Shown: positions 51,209 to 63,832 of the stretch, piece after piece
Position numbering within the stretch: position 1 is the first letter of the stretch
How the letters are laid out: each line of letters starts with the position of its first letter
Assembly: GCA_964247055.1 (NCBI GenBank)
Contig: OZ176052.1
Span: 12,524,001 to 12,588,000 of the forward strand
DNA length: 64,000 nt
Direction of reading: 5' to 3'
DNA from: Paragordius varius
Taxonomy: Eukaryota > Animalia > Nematomorpha
Notes under the pieces: generated by a model
Seen by the model: only the letters and a program-made list of their open reading frames with translations
What the model was told of the DNA's origin: nothing
The model's database searches: none
Made by a program: the position numbers and the translations under genes

Positions 51209-53459
51209 CAGTGTTACTCAAACCGCGGGCCGCATGTGGCCCTAAGAGTGCTTTAAAATGGCCCTCTGACCATATTGATACTTAAATTATTTTTTTATTG
51301 ATGAATTTTTTATGTACAAAACTAATTTTCGCTCATTTTAAATTAATTTATTTTCTTTAGATTTAATTTTGGTAATTTTTATTTTTTACTCAATTTAAAA
51401 GGTAAAAAATTTCCCTACATTAAAATGATTCCAAAATTTTGGGACACGTTTCTGTTTCTGTATTCTATTTTTTCTATTTTGAAATTTTTATTGCATTCCT
51501 TTTTTGTATTTAAGCAAGCCTTTCATCCAAACTTGCATATACATATTCTTTTTATTGCTATCCTGCATCATTTTTTATAATTCATTCCCTTAAAATATTT
51601 ATCAAATCAACATCATAAATTTCGACCTATTTTTTTATAGCATAACTTGATTATTTTTTGAAAAAATTTACTTAATATTAAACATAAATTCGAAGGATGA
51701 CATCTAATGCTAAAAAACGTAAATTATCCGATGAAAATCGCTCTTTAAAAAAAAGAATGGGAAGAAATATTCTTTTTCGTTTTGAATAAAAATGTTGTTA
51801 CCTGACTTATATGTAGGGACACTATATTTGTAAAAAAATACAATATTGAACATTTTACAATCCATCATTCTTCTAAATTACCAGAAAATCAAGAGGGAGA
51901 AGCGAAAAATATAAAAAGATTAGGGACTTTTATAAGAAAAATCTATTATATCATAGCTTTCTCCAAGTCGTAATTCGCTATATTTTAGGAAAACATCTGA
52001 AACCGTTTACTGATTCCCAAAAAATGTCTAATTAATGGTTGCACTTTTTTAGATATTATCCATAATAAATATCAAATCATGGGGCAAATTAAAAAATTTC
52101 AACTTTCTAATTCTGCTTGACGCATTGAAGATATGTCTAAATTATTTTACCATACAGGATTGGCTCTGAGAAAGCGCAAATATTTTGGTATAGCTATTGA
52201 TTCTAGCACTGATATTAGTTCAACCTCGATTTGGGATATTTGTGAGATTTTGAAACGACAACATAATCAACGAGAAATATAAATTTTTACCAATGAATAA
52301 TACCACGAAAAGAAGTGATTTTCTCGAAATAATTACCATTTTTTTCGATAATAATGGTATAGGAAAAAGTTTCGATCTGCACAGATGGCTGTCCCTCTTT
52401 GATTGGAATAAACAAGGATTTATTCCTCTGAAAAACAAATATAATTTGCAAAATATTTTATCCTTTCACAGCTTTATTCATCAGAAAAACTTGGTTTCGA
52501 GTGTAAAAGATGAATCACTCAAAGTAATTAAAACGGTTGTTAATATAGTTTACCACATCCGTGGCAGAGAATGCAACCGCCGTAAATTAAAAAACCTTTT
52601 GAGAGATTCCACTGTGGGTTTGATGATATTCTTTTGCACATCGCTGTGAGATGGCTAAGTCTTAGAAAAGTATTAAATAGAGTTTTTCTTTAAAGACATG
52701 AAATCTTATTATTTATAAAAGATAACAGAAAGTTTGACGATAAAATTAATTGTGACAAATGGTGAGTTTTATTTGCCTACCTTTGCGACATTACTTATAA
52801 ACTTAGTATTTTTAATATAAGTCTTTAAAAGAGCAAAATAATTACAAATTCAGATTTTATGAATTGAGAAATATAAAAAATTGCTTAAAACTCGTTGAAA
52901 ATCCATGGCATATGGATATATCCAATATTAAGCAACTTGAGCATTTCGGTTTTGATCAGGCGCATATAACTGAGAGATTCGTAGAGTTTAAAAATGATTC
53001 CAATTTGGAGGCTATATTCAAGAAGAATGGTAGAGACGAAAGATATGTAGAGTTTAAGTAAGATGTGCCAAACAAACAGGATATATAAAAAATGTGCTCA
53101 AGTTATCCTAACTGTTTTTCGCTCAACTGACGGTATATTTAAAAATGTTATGAAGAATGCATACAGAAATCGCTTAACCGATGATCATATGGACGACGTA
53201 TTAAGATGGCCTCATGAGGCGAAACTAAATTTGTAAAAAATTATTCGTTAATATCGAAATAAATGTTGTTATCAAAATATTTTAATTTTTTAAACTAAAT
53301 GGTGCGAAACAAGTTTTTAGCTGAACTTACATATAATCCGCAAAAAAATCATTGTGGTGATTTAGAGTTAAATATGTGCATATGTGGAATAAGATATATG
53401 ACCCTCGAAAAAAAAAATATTTTATTTGGCCCGTCAAATTTTTTTGGTGAGTACCACTG
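51209..53459 (+). mobile_element. hAT (Buster/SPIN, GTF2IRD2-like) element with pseudogenised transposase
   Basis: TIR CAGTGTTACTCAAACCGCGG / GGTGAGTACCACTG. Broken frames include KKRKLSDENR, ICRD...KKYNIEH, GIAIDSSTDIS, VRWLSLRKVLNR and YRNRLTDDH. TSD not preserved. Confidence 0.88.
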
Positions 53460-54639
53460 CCTTAAAATGCAATCTTCGTTTGAAAATTTCATATGTAATC
53501 AATTGTTTACAACGAAAATTAAATCCTTAAAAATATGATATCTATTTATTTACTATACTTGACCAACCATCGGGATTGGAAATCGGAATCATTAGTTTTA
53601 TTGATCCGAGGACCAAAAGATATTAAATAACAATTGTTGACCGTTTTTATCATTTGAGCTGTTTCAAATGTTTTCGAAAAATATTCTGTTAGCATCTTTC
53701 GATTATTTATATTTCGCTGCAACTTTAAACATTTTGTTATATATTTTATTTATATAGTTGAGAGAAATGCCTTCGGAAATTGTTTAATTACTATGTTGTT
53801 TTCTAGACAAATGGAACCGGAGTTAAAAATTGGCAAAAAATATTTGAACTTGGAACAAAAGTGTTTCGTCAAAAACCGATTTTCACTAACAGTTCATTAT
53901 ATTTTCTTTTTGATATTTTAGGGGTGGTTTTTTAACCCAAAGTTTAAAGCATTAAACAAACTACTCTTTTAAAAGTTTAGTTAATTATCAAACCCTTTTC
54001 TGCTGTTTAAATTCTCACAGTTTCTATTGCTAAAATTTAGATAGCTCAAAAACATAATAGTAGCAAACAGCTGATATTAAAATAACAAATATCAAAAACT
54101 TGTCAGTAATTTTTAATCTAAAGCCTACTTAAGTTAATATATATTTTTCAACCATAATATACATTTATTGGCCTGTTGTATTCAGGATTTGAAAAAATAT
54201 ATTGTTAAAAACGGCGAAAAATTTGAGATGAGGATTTTTCCACATTACATTTTTGAAAACTTTACTTTCTTAAACCCTAAAGAAGGATACTTAAATTTAG
54301 CCGAAAATTTATGCTCCCGGGGTATAATACAACCCCAAAAGATTAATGCTAACTTTCCTCAAATTCAATAGCTAATCATCTATAACTGATACAGCGATGT
54401 ATAATTTAAATCAGTAACATTTAAACCGCGGCCCACGGCCACGCGGCAATTAAGTGCTTTTTATGGCCCTAATTATTTATTAAATTTTCTGTTGCACATA
54501 TTTTGAATATAAACATCTGCATATGTGTCAAACTAATCACTGCGTCCGAAATCGGGTATTAGATATAACTGATGATATATATACTGATAACTGTATCAAG
54601 ATTATCATGGTTTCCATAAAATATCATTAAAATATATTT

Positions 54640-55960
54640 TAACTACATATAAAAATCAAAACAATATTTTGAGAAGTTTCTATTTGCATGTGGGCTCGAA
54701 CGTATCAAATTTTTTTTGCTCTTCTATGATAGGCTAATTCTCTTATAATAAACGTAAAAATGGTGGGATTGCTTGATAAATATTTAATGGTATATATATA
54801 TATATCAGCTAAAAATATTTTTAAAAAATGCATAATTTTTCAATATATCAAAATTTAATGAGTATATTTTTTACTGTTTTGAAGCATGATAAACACGGTA
54901 TATAAACGCTTTAAATTATTAATACACTTTTCCTATATAATTCGACAATGCTGAACATCTCTATCAGCTCAGAATTTAAATAAAAGTTTCGTTCGTATAG
55001 ATTAGCTAAATATAAATTGTGTTTTTCAACATTCACCAATATTTTGACACTTCGATTCAAATTGGGGTATTTAAATACCCCATACTAAATTTGAGTTAGG
55101 ATTTTTAAAATACTGAAGGAAACGGCCCCAAATTTAAATTTATGCTTCTATCCTAATAAAAATTATATATATATGCCAAAATATCTTAATAAAATTTTGT
55201 TTTGAAAAAAAAATACCATGTCACTTCGACGCCATTTTTATTTTAAAAAATTTTTGGAAAATCGACTCATTTAACTTTAAGGGTAAATTAAAGCTAATTT
55301 TTTATGTAAATTACAGACATTGATAGAAATAAAAAAGCGGTTTATTTGTATTGTTTTCAAATTGCACAGATGCCACGTTGACTAAATTTTTACCTTTCGG
55401 CTTTTAAAATAATAAATATGTAGTATTTTTGAATAAAATTGTTTATATATTTCAGTTTATTAATGTTATATAAGAGCAAAATTTTGCCATGGGTTCGATT
55501 CCTTCCATATTTTAAGGATTTAATTCTAAACAAGCCTGGGGTATCTAACTACCCCCATTTGAGTCGAAGAAAAGAATGTGTTGTATCCAAGTATTAAAGT
55601 GAAAATGCTGAACCGATATAAATATTCATCATCATATCATAAGGAAAAGTGTTTTTATACCGTTTCCATCGTCCGTCAAAATTATGAAGTACACTTCAAA
55701 ATATTTTTAAACTAAGATTTTTTAGAAAAGTATGCATTATTTTAAAATATTTCTAGTTGATATCATTCATATATATAAAATTTTTGTCATGTAATCTGTG
55801 CACATTTATTTGCTATTTTCTGATATGGACTAGTTTACACAAATGTGTAAATAACTTTCTTAAATCATTCGTAAGGGCTTAAACCAAAACCAAAATATTC
55901 TTAATACATTTTTTTATTTTATATATTACATATGGTTATTTTTTTATAACCTGATTTTGG
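54640..55960. mobile_element. Foldback MITE interrupted by a piggyBac-like MITE
   Basis: Left-arm motifs (GGGCTCGAA, AAACACGGTATATAAACGCTTT, GCTGAACATCTCTATCAGCTCAG) precede 55044. Right-arm motifs (TTTTATACCGTTT, GTAAATAACTTTCTT) follow 55597. Outer boundaries approximate. Confidence 0.7.
55044..55597 (+). mobile_element. piggyBac-like TTAA MITE (nested)
   Basis: TTGA-CACTTCGATTCAAATTGGGG ... GTATCCAAGTA-TTAA. Confidence 0.85.
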
Positions 55961-56090
55961 ACGACTGTTTGTCCATTTTATGTTGCATATTTTATTTGGT
56001 AAAAGCTTAATCTTAATCTATACATTGCATTTTATCATAAACTTCAAGACGTCCTCCCACCGATTTTTTCTATGTGAGGGCTTTTTAACA

Positions 56091-56654
56091 TTAACACTTC
56101 GATTCAAATTGGGGGATCTAAATACCCCAGACCAAATTTGAGTTAGGATTTTCAAAAAACTACTGAAGGAAAGGGTCCCAATTTAAGTTTATGCTTCTAT
56201 CCTAATCAAAAATATATAAATATGCCAAAATATCTAAATAAAATTTTGTTATGAAACAAAAGTTCCATATCAAACTACTTCGACGCCATTTTTATTTTAC
56301 AAAATTTTTGCAAAATATCGTCCATTTAATTTTAAGTTTAAATTACATTTAACGTTGATAGAAACAGAAAAAGCGGTTTATTTTGTATTATTTTTTAATT
56401 TTACCATTGCACACATGTCACTTTGACTAAATTTTTACCATTCGGTTTTAGCATAAAATAAGAAATATCAAGTATTTTTAAATAAAATTTTTTATATATT
56501 TCGGTTTATTAATGTTATATAAATGCAAGATTTTGCTATGGTTTCGATTCCTTCCATATTTTTTAAAGAATTTAATTTTAAACAGGCCTGGGGTATTTAA
56601 ATATCCCAATTTGAATCGAAGGACTAAAATGAATGTGTTGTATCCAAGTGTTAA
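56091..56654 (+). mobile_element. piggyBac-like TTAA MITE, best-preserved copy (556 bp)
   Basis: TTAA|CACTT ... AAGTG|TTAA. Inner inverted repeat CTTCGATTCAAATTGGG is flush with the left end but about 25 bp inside the right end. Confidence 0.9.
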
Positions 56655-56690
56655 TTTGGCTTCTTGGTGAAATCCGAATTTATATTGATA

Positions 56691-57769
56691 CTAGAGTAAA
56701 TCTCGTGCTGCTACGCAGCCCGAGGAAACCTGGACAATAATATGATCCACATATGTGGATTATTTCGAAACATTATTGAATAGATATAATTTTATAGGAA
56801 TTTTTTTAACGGATCATTCATACTAATATATTGTTTAATTGGGGGAAAAATAGATTTAAAAAATTATTTTTGTGGCAGTCTCATACCTTGGGCAAAAAAA
56901 TACAATCAAAAAATTATTTTTGTGGACTTTGTTTTTTTTGAAAAAAATGGTATTTTACGGGGGTAGCGGGTAAAAAGAGGGCATAAATTAAAAAAGTGAG
57001 TCGACTATGTTCGGCGCGATCAAAAATAAGTAAACAAAATCCATATTTTAGATTTAATGGTCCAACACGTTCTCCGGAAAATTGACTTAACGCATTTTTC
57101 ACACGGGGTAGGCCCGAACTGGGGACCTAATTCCAAAAAAGGGCGAAGCTATTGTCGGGACATTTATAATGATTATAATTTTTTGATATTTGGATTTGAT
57201 TGGGTCCACAGGTTCCCGAAACAGGTCACATTACATGAGGAATCAGTTTTTAGCGGGTAGCTCCCTAGCCAGCAGCTATCATCAAAGAAACGCTTGACTA
57301 AATTTTTACCTTTTAACAGGGAATACGAAAAATCCTTATTCAATTTTTACAGTCTCATACCTTGGGCAAAAAATACAATCAAAAAATTATTTTTGTGGAC
57401 TCTGTTTTTGTAAATGGCATTTTACGGGGGGAGCGGGTAAAAAGAGGGCCTAAATCAAAAAAGCGAGACGACCATGTTCGGCGCAATCGAAAATAAGTAA
57501 ACAAAAATCATATTTAAAAAAAATGGTCCAACACGTTCTCCAGAAAATTGTCTCAAAGACACGATTTTTATAAACTTCTGTTTTCAAAAAAAAACCCGTT
57601 TTTCACACGGGGTGGGCCCGAACTCGGGGCCTATTTCAAAAAAGGGCGAGGCTATTGTCAGGCATTTATTAATGATTATATTTTTTAGGCATTTGGATTT
57701 GAATGGGTCTACCGGTTTTCCGGTACCAAATCACAAATCCAGCATTTTCCATTTTTATAAATATATAGA
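56691..57769 (-). mobile_element. Non-autonomous Helitron with internal ~475-bp tandem duplication
   Basis: - strand: A|TCTATATATTTATAAAAATG ... CTCGGGCTGCGTAGCAGCACGAG hairpin ... CTAG|T. Duplicated block CAGTCTCATACCTTGGGCAAAA at ~56876 and ~57350. Confidence 0.88.
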
Positions 57770-58295
57770 TTCATAGAAATCTCTATGCATTAGGTTAATA
57801 AATTTTATTGATTAGCGGTTTGACAAAAGAATTAGAAAAAATGTTGACAACTGCGGCCTAATGCCATAAAATTCTATTTTTAGGCTTGACCCAACGAGTT
57901 AAAAAACTAGATATTGATATATATATAAAAATCTTTTAATAAATATAAATTTTATGTTTACAATCTAAGTCCTCAACTCCCAATTGTTTTGAAAATTATT
58001 TGTATTATTTAACCTTTAAATTTGATTGAAAATTATTTGGTATCACTAAAAACCAAATATGAAAATAAGTGAATCTTTTGATTGTGGTTGAAATTCATAT
58101 TCATATTTTCTTGTAAATTTTATTTTTATAGTAATTATTCAATATATTACTTTTAATAATATATAGCACATGTAATTTATTTAAGCGCTTTTAACAAACA
58201 TACAGCTCTTTCAAAATAATTTATACTTTTTGCATGCGTATTTACGCACATATTTTTCATATGGAGAACGGGTGAGTTTTTGCGGGTTATTCAAA

Positions 58296-61200
58296 ATGGG
58301 TATAACAGGTTTGATTCCTCTTCTTAAAGAATTACATATAATCTCAATCACACATTTAAAACGATTAAACAAATTATACGAAAACGATGAACAAGATTTT
58401 GTAGCTGCAATCGATGTTTATTCGTGGTTACATAAAGCAGCTTTTGGATGTTGTGAAAAATTATTTTACAAACGAATGGATGAAGCTCGAACTATATACA
58501 TAAATTATTGCATGAAATACGTAGATCTTTTAGAGAGTTACGGCATTAAACCCTTGTTTGTATTTGATGGTATGCCTTTAGCGCAAAAAGTTAAATATAC
58601 GAATTCGGTGAGAAAACAAAAGCGATCTGAAGCAAGATTAAAAGCCCAAGCTCTGATCGATAAAGGTCAAGCAAAAAAAGCTTATGCATTCTTCCCTTCT
58701 GCGATCGAAATAACTTTTGAAATGGTACAACATTTGATTGAGGTACGTGGTGCTTATCCACCTAATTACTTGTTTTAGTTCTAACTTTTTATTTCATATT
58801 TTAAACACTTAGGAGTGTCGAATTTGCAAAATACCATATATTGTTGCTCCCTTTGAAGCCGACGTCCAAATGGCATTTCTAGAGTTAAACGGATATGTGG
58901 ATTTTGTTATAACCGAGGATTCTGATTTGGTAGCATTTGGATGTCGAAATATAATTTTTAAATTAAATTTGGATGGTGAAATTTGGCTTTATCGAAAAGA
59001 AAGGTAATTTCTATGGTATTTTAGAATATATAAATTATTATGCAGATAAATTAACTTATATATTATTTAAAAAATATATTTGTATAGATTATTAAAAGCG
59101 CTCGGATATGTAAAACCACCACCAATAAAAAATACTGAAAAAAATTATGCTCAAAAATCTTCAGTTTCAGAAGATGTATTCATAGGAAAAGAAGTATTCA
59201 GCGTGACAACCACCGAAACACCCGCTAATGGAAAACGTTTTACTCGTCGCTCTTTATCGCAAATTAAAGAGAGAAAAAACTATAAGTTATCGCCTCATAC
59301 CTATTCAAGCCCTAAACTTTTTAGTTTTAGTCAAAACACTAATATTCAGCTCAATTCAATTGGTTTAGACTCAGTTGAGTTGACAGAATCTACAAACATA
59401 ATGTCATCAAAACAGCCTACCAAAACCGCTTTACCGAATATGGATTTCGTTAAGTTTCAATATATGTGCATTCTATCTGGGTGTGATTATCTCCCTTCTT
59501 TGCCCCAAATAGGGTTGGGTAAGGCGCGAAGATTTTTCACACTTCCACTCACACCCGCGAAAGATATAAGTCAGCTATTAAAGGACCGTTTGCCAGGATA
59601 TCTCAAAATGCCAAACCTTACTGTCACCGATAAGTATTGTGAAGAATTTTGTTTAGCTCATCAACTCTTTTTGTATCAAACTGTATTTGATCCAAAAACT
59701 CAAACGTTTCGCCCATTAATACAAACAATGACGGAATTGTTAAACATACTCTGTCTCCCAGACGATAATTGGATTCTAAATTATGCATCAACCATATTTA
59801 ATCCAAATACACTTTTAAATGGATCGGCAAAGTTAGGGACCTTTCCTTCATTTAACACGAAAATGTGTGACGTATCTCAAAAGTCTCGTTTTCCTTTACA
59901 CTTGGCTGTGGGTAATATTGATGTATCACACCCAGAATTACCAACGGTTGATTCATTCAACCCAGACCTCAGTGAACTAATAAAATTACAATGTAAATTT
60001 GAAAAATCTATCACGCAACAATCTCAATACCGCTTAACAAATCTCCAAAAAATTGTTGAGAGAAAAGCAATTGACATTAATAACATACATATCAAAGATT
60101 TTGTTACAATTTATCAGAAAAATACGAAGTTTGATGAATTGGATCAAGTCGATAATTATCAAAATAAAATGTGTCAACTAATATCTTCACCGAGTGATTC
60201 AGGCATAATATCTGATATAAATTGTTCAAATAACAATTCTCCCAGCGAAGATGCAACATTATTACCCTTGAAAGATGTAGTCAATGAAACCACACAGATT
60301 ATAGAAATCAAAACTATCACAAACAGCAAATATTTTACAAATATTACTAGTAATGGTTCCTTAACAAAAAATGGCCTCCACATTAAACCACAACCTGTGA
60401 ACACTGAGAGTAGAGAGGAAAAGTCAAATCAATTAATTTCGCCTAAACCCGTCATTAAATTATCCCCTCAAGATTTTTATAATAGTCCAGTTATCGATAT
60501 AACCAATGTCATCCATCAAAGACAACCCATAAAATCTGCAACAAAACACAAAAGGTTAAAATGAAATTCTTTACTATAAATAATATTCATTGTGTTTGTT
60601 TTATACCATTTACGATTCAAATTCACCCTTAAACAATTCCACCCTTGAACAATTCGAATTCACACTCAAATAAATAATATGTTTTTTAAAGATTAAAATT
60701 TACCTATAAAAATAAAATGTTAATTAAATTATTATTGAAAAAATAATAAACTATGCCATAAAGATATATTTCATATTAATGTTTTGTTAATTCGAAAATA
60801 TATAATTTATTTTTAGGGTGAATTTGAATTGTTCGAGTGTGAATTTGAATTAATCAAGGGGTATTTCAACTGTAAATGGTATATCAAATTTTATGTACAG
60901 AGCGTTAATAAATAAAGTCCTTTAAATTGTTAAAGTAATAAATTATATTTATTTTCTAGGAAATGCTCCATCGATTTGAGTCAATTCCAATATGAAAAAG
61001 AAAACAAAACAGTAGTTGATGATCAAAACCGCTTAGATTGTTCAGAAATTATCATGTTATTGATTATATTTGCTCTTGTTTATACATTAATATATATCTT
61101 AATAAATACAAATGATATTTGAAATAATGAGGAGTATTAATATATTATCAATATAAATCTTAAGAAACAAATCAATTTTAGTGTAAATTATTTTTGAATG

Positions 61201-61840
61201 GGTTAAATAAGGTTTTTAGATTAATATTATGATAAATATATTAGTTTTTTATAATAATTTCACTATACAGCAGATATATTTGGTATGTTTTAGATCAAAA
61301 GACGGAATAGATAAAGCAGTTGAAATGGAACTAAAGGTATAATATTTTATCTTATATTTATATAGAGCCCGATTTTAACCAAATATCAAATCAACTCAAA
61401 TCAAGGCAATGAAAGTTTATAATCTTTATTATAATATATAATATTTTAAAATATGTTTTATAAACTCATCATGATGAATGTACTTACCAATAAATTTATT
61501 CATAAAATGAATATTTTTTATAATTAGATTTTATTTTTTAGGCGTAACCACTTCACCTAAATTTTGCGTGACTCAAGCGAACAAAATACGGCTTTCGGCT
61601 AAAAAGTGTTCCATTAAAGCGCAAAAACCAATCCCTACTATTGACAATGAAAATATTCATAAAATTAACACTGATAATAATATTTTTCCTGTTGAAAATA
61701 ACGTGGAATTCAAACCCGCAAATAAGAATTGTATCGTATCAAGTAAAAAAATCAATACAATATGCCCCTTACTAAATCAAGATTGTGAACGTCGATTGAG
61801 TGTTAGGAAAAGATTGGCTGTTTTCAGCTATACCAAATAA
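58296..61840 (+). CDS. EXO1: Exonuclease 1 (XPG/FEN1 family)
   Basis: Exons 58296-58742, 58813-59003, 59088-60554, 60960-61055, 61294-61336, 61366-61414, 61542-61840. Motifs MGITGL, IDVYSWLHK, FVFDG, APFEAD, TEDSDL, MCILSGCDYL; C-terminus RKRLAVFSYTK*. The last four exons are inferred from phase compatibility. Confidence 0.92.
60602..60883. mobile_element. TA-flanked MITE in EXO1 intron 3
   Basis: TATACCATTTAC ... GTAAATGGTATA, with inner AATTCACCCT / AGGGTGAATT repeats. Confidence 0.85.
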
Positions 61841-62413
61841 TGTGTGTGTGTGTGCGTATAAATTAATGCATTTTTAAACCTATATTGCATTTTTTAAATA
61901 AAATTATATATTTTTTATATTACATATAATATACCTTAATTTCTGCCTTATTGACCGAATAAAAAACATCCGTTAATTTTTAACAATTTTGCCATATTAA
62001 CTGATTAGGTGGGCCAGTAATTATAAGTTTAAATCTAATTTAACATTTAAAGTTAAAACATATTAACTATAATAATGAACGCATATCCAAAATCAAAATT
62101 TTTTCGTTAAATAAATTTATATATTTTATAGTAAATTAATTTTCTATTATAATGGTTGCCTTTATAACAAGAATAATGAAGAACCGACATAGTATGTTTT
62201 TGCTTTTTTCGTTTAATGTGTATGTTCTCTGTATAGAATTAAAAACCAAAAATGATTGAAAACATCCATACTTAATAAACGCATTATTTATATATAATGA
62301 TAAGAAATTACACCATTTAATGAGGCTAAAATTAAATTCTCATAAAAGATTACAGGTTTACATTTTTGAGATCGTATAAGTTTTTATAAGTTGAAATGCA
62401 TCAAAATTTAAAA

Positions 62414-63832
62414 CTATTTATCGAAAAAACGTTTAAACACTTTGTTGACCATAATTCTGTAATAAGGGTTGAACATGTAAGTAAAGTAAAATGTGCACGT
62501 GATGTATACGTATTCAAGGAATGAAAAAAAGAGAAACCATTTCGACATACTGGATCGTACCATCCATTGAGATATAAAATCCCAAATCATTTGAATAATA
62601 GATAAAGGTAATATGAGTAAAATGAATTCTACAGTCAATATAATCAATGTACGGATTTGTTCTTTGTTGATCAATTCTTTCCGACGATACAGTACATTTT
62701 TTGTAAGATCAATTCTACTGTGAGTAATCTGTGGTTGATTTAAAACTGAGATTTGGGACGTAAATTTTTTACTAAGTTGTGTGTCATTTGGTAGCCTTTC
62801 ATTAACCGGAAACAAGGTATGTGCTGATAAAGTTCTTCCACCCTTATTTTGATGTTTGGGGACCACACTTTGGTTTTTACGAACTACGGTGTCATACGTA
62901 ATTAAATAGGAATTTAATATTTTACGGCTGTTTTTAATTAATATACATTTGCATATTATGATACCAAGGAATGGCAAGATACGTAAAAATACTTCCCTAC
63001 TAATTTCATACGTTGTATACAACTTTTGTAATATAGGGCGCGTCTTTGGTATAACTAGAGGGCTTAATATCCAGAGGTATACACCTTCGCTTGTAATTTC
63101 TGGAGGAGGAATAATGGAATGATGATTGTTTAAACTTTCTTTCTTAAGGTGCTCATCAAAACATATCAAGTATCTTTTATGATCTAACCAAAAATATATG
63201 GGTAAGGACCAAAGGAAAACACTGATTGACAAAATCCAAATAGCTAATCGTACGCGTTTCTTAGTGACTAGATAAACGTATCGATATGGGTATTGTATTG
63301 CAAGGAATTGATTTAAAAAGACCAATATATACATCATGAATCCTATATTCACTAACGCTTTGTTCATGATATAATGAATGTGAGCCAAATAAAAGACCCA
63401 ACCCTTTCGTCCCCAAATGGGATTGTAATTGGCCTTTCCCCACATCCTCAAAACTGGTGCAGGGATCATTAGCAAAGTGTTTACCAAATTCACGGCATAA
63501 AAAAGTCTTAAAAGGTGTTGATTAACATTTAACTTTGCATGTGCGGTACCATATTTCTTTTTGTGGTGAACATGTTCAGAGGTTTTGTCAGTTTTACTAA
63601 TAATATTGGATGTTGAGCTTTTTTTATGTTTATTGATAATTCTGTTTGATGTTAAAGCAATTCCAATCGAATTCCCTACCAAACCCAGGGCCAAAAGGAA
63701 AACGAAAGCGTAACTATTGACTAACATAAAATGATCATCTAAATAGAGATCGATGTAACTAAAAGTTGTACAATTTTGTGTTTTGGGTAAAACTGTAGCG
63801 GGTAACGTTTTGAAGATTTTTAATTGAATCAT
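62414..63832 (-). CDS. Intronless orphan class A (rhodopsin-like) GPCR, 472 aa
   Basis: Seven hydrophobic segments. TM1 LGLVGNSIG; post-TM3 FLAIQYPYRY; TM4 IWILSISVFLWSLP; TM5 FLRILPF; long basic ICL3. Resembles invertebrate peptide (FMRFamide/Srw-type) receptors. Confidence 0.85.
   Translation of the reverse strand: MIQLKIFKTLPATVLPKTQNCTTFSYIDLYLDDHFMLVNSYAFVFLLALGLVGNSIGIALTSNRIINKHKKSSTSNIISKTDKTSEHVHHKKKYGTAHAKLNVNQHLLRLFYAVNLVNTLLMIPAPVLRMWGKANYNPIWGRKGWVFYLAHIHYIMNKALVNIGFMMYILVFLNQFLAIQYPYRYVYLVTKKRVRLAIWILSISVFLWSLPIYFWLDHKRYLICFDEHLKKESLNNHHSIIPPPEITSEGVYLWILSPLVIPKTRPILQKLYTTYEISREVFLRILPFLGIIICKCILIKNSRKILNSYLITYDTVVRKNQSVVPKHQNKGGRTLSAHTLFPVNERLPNDTQLSKKFTSQISVLNQPQITHSRIDLTKNVLYRRKELINKEQIRTLIILTVEFILLILPLSIIQMIWDFISQWMVRSSMSKWFLFFSFLEYVYITCTFYFTYMFNPYYRIMVNKVFKRFFDK

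Noticed and set aside
56914-57260. ORFs inside the Helitron
   Set aside because: No Rep or helicase motifs; not conserved as ORFs in the sister copy.
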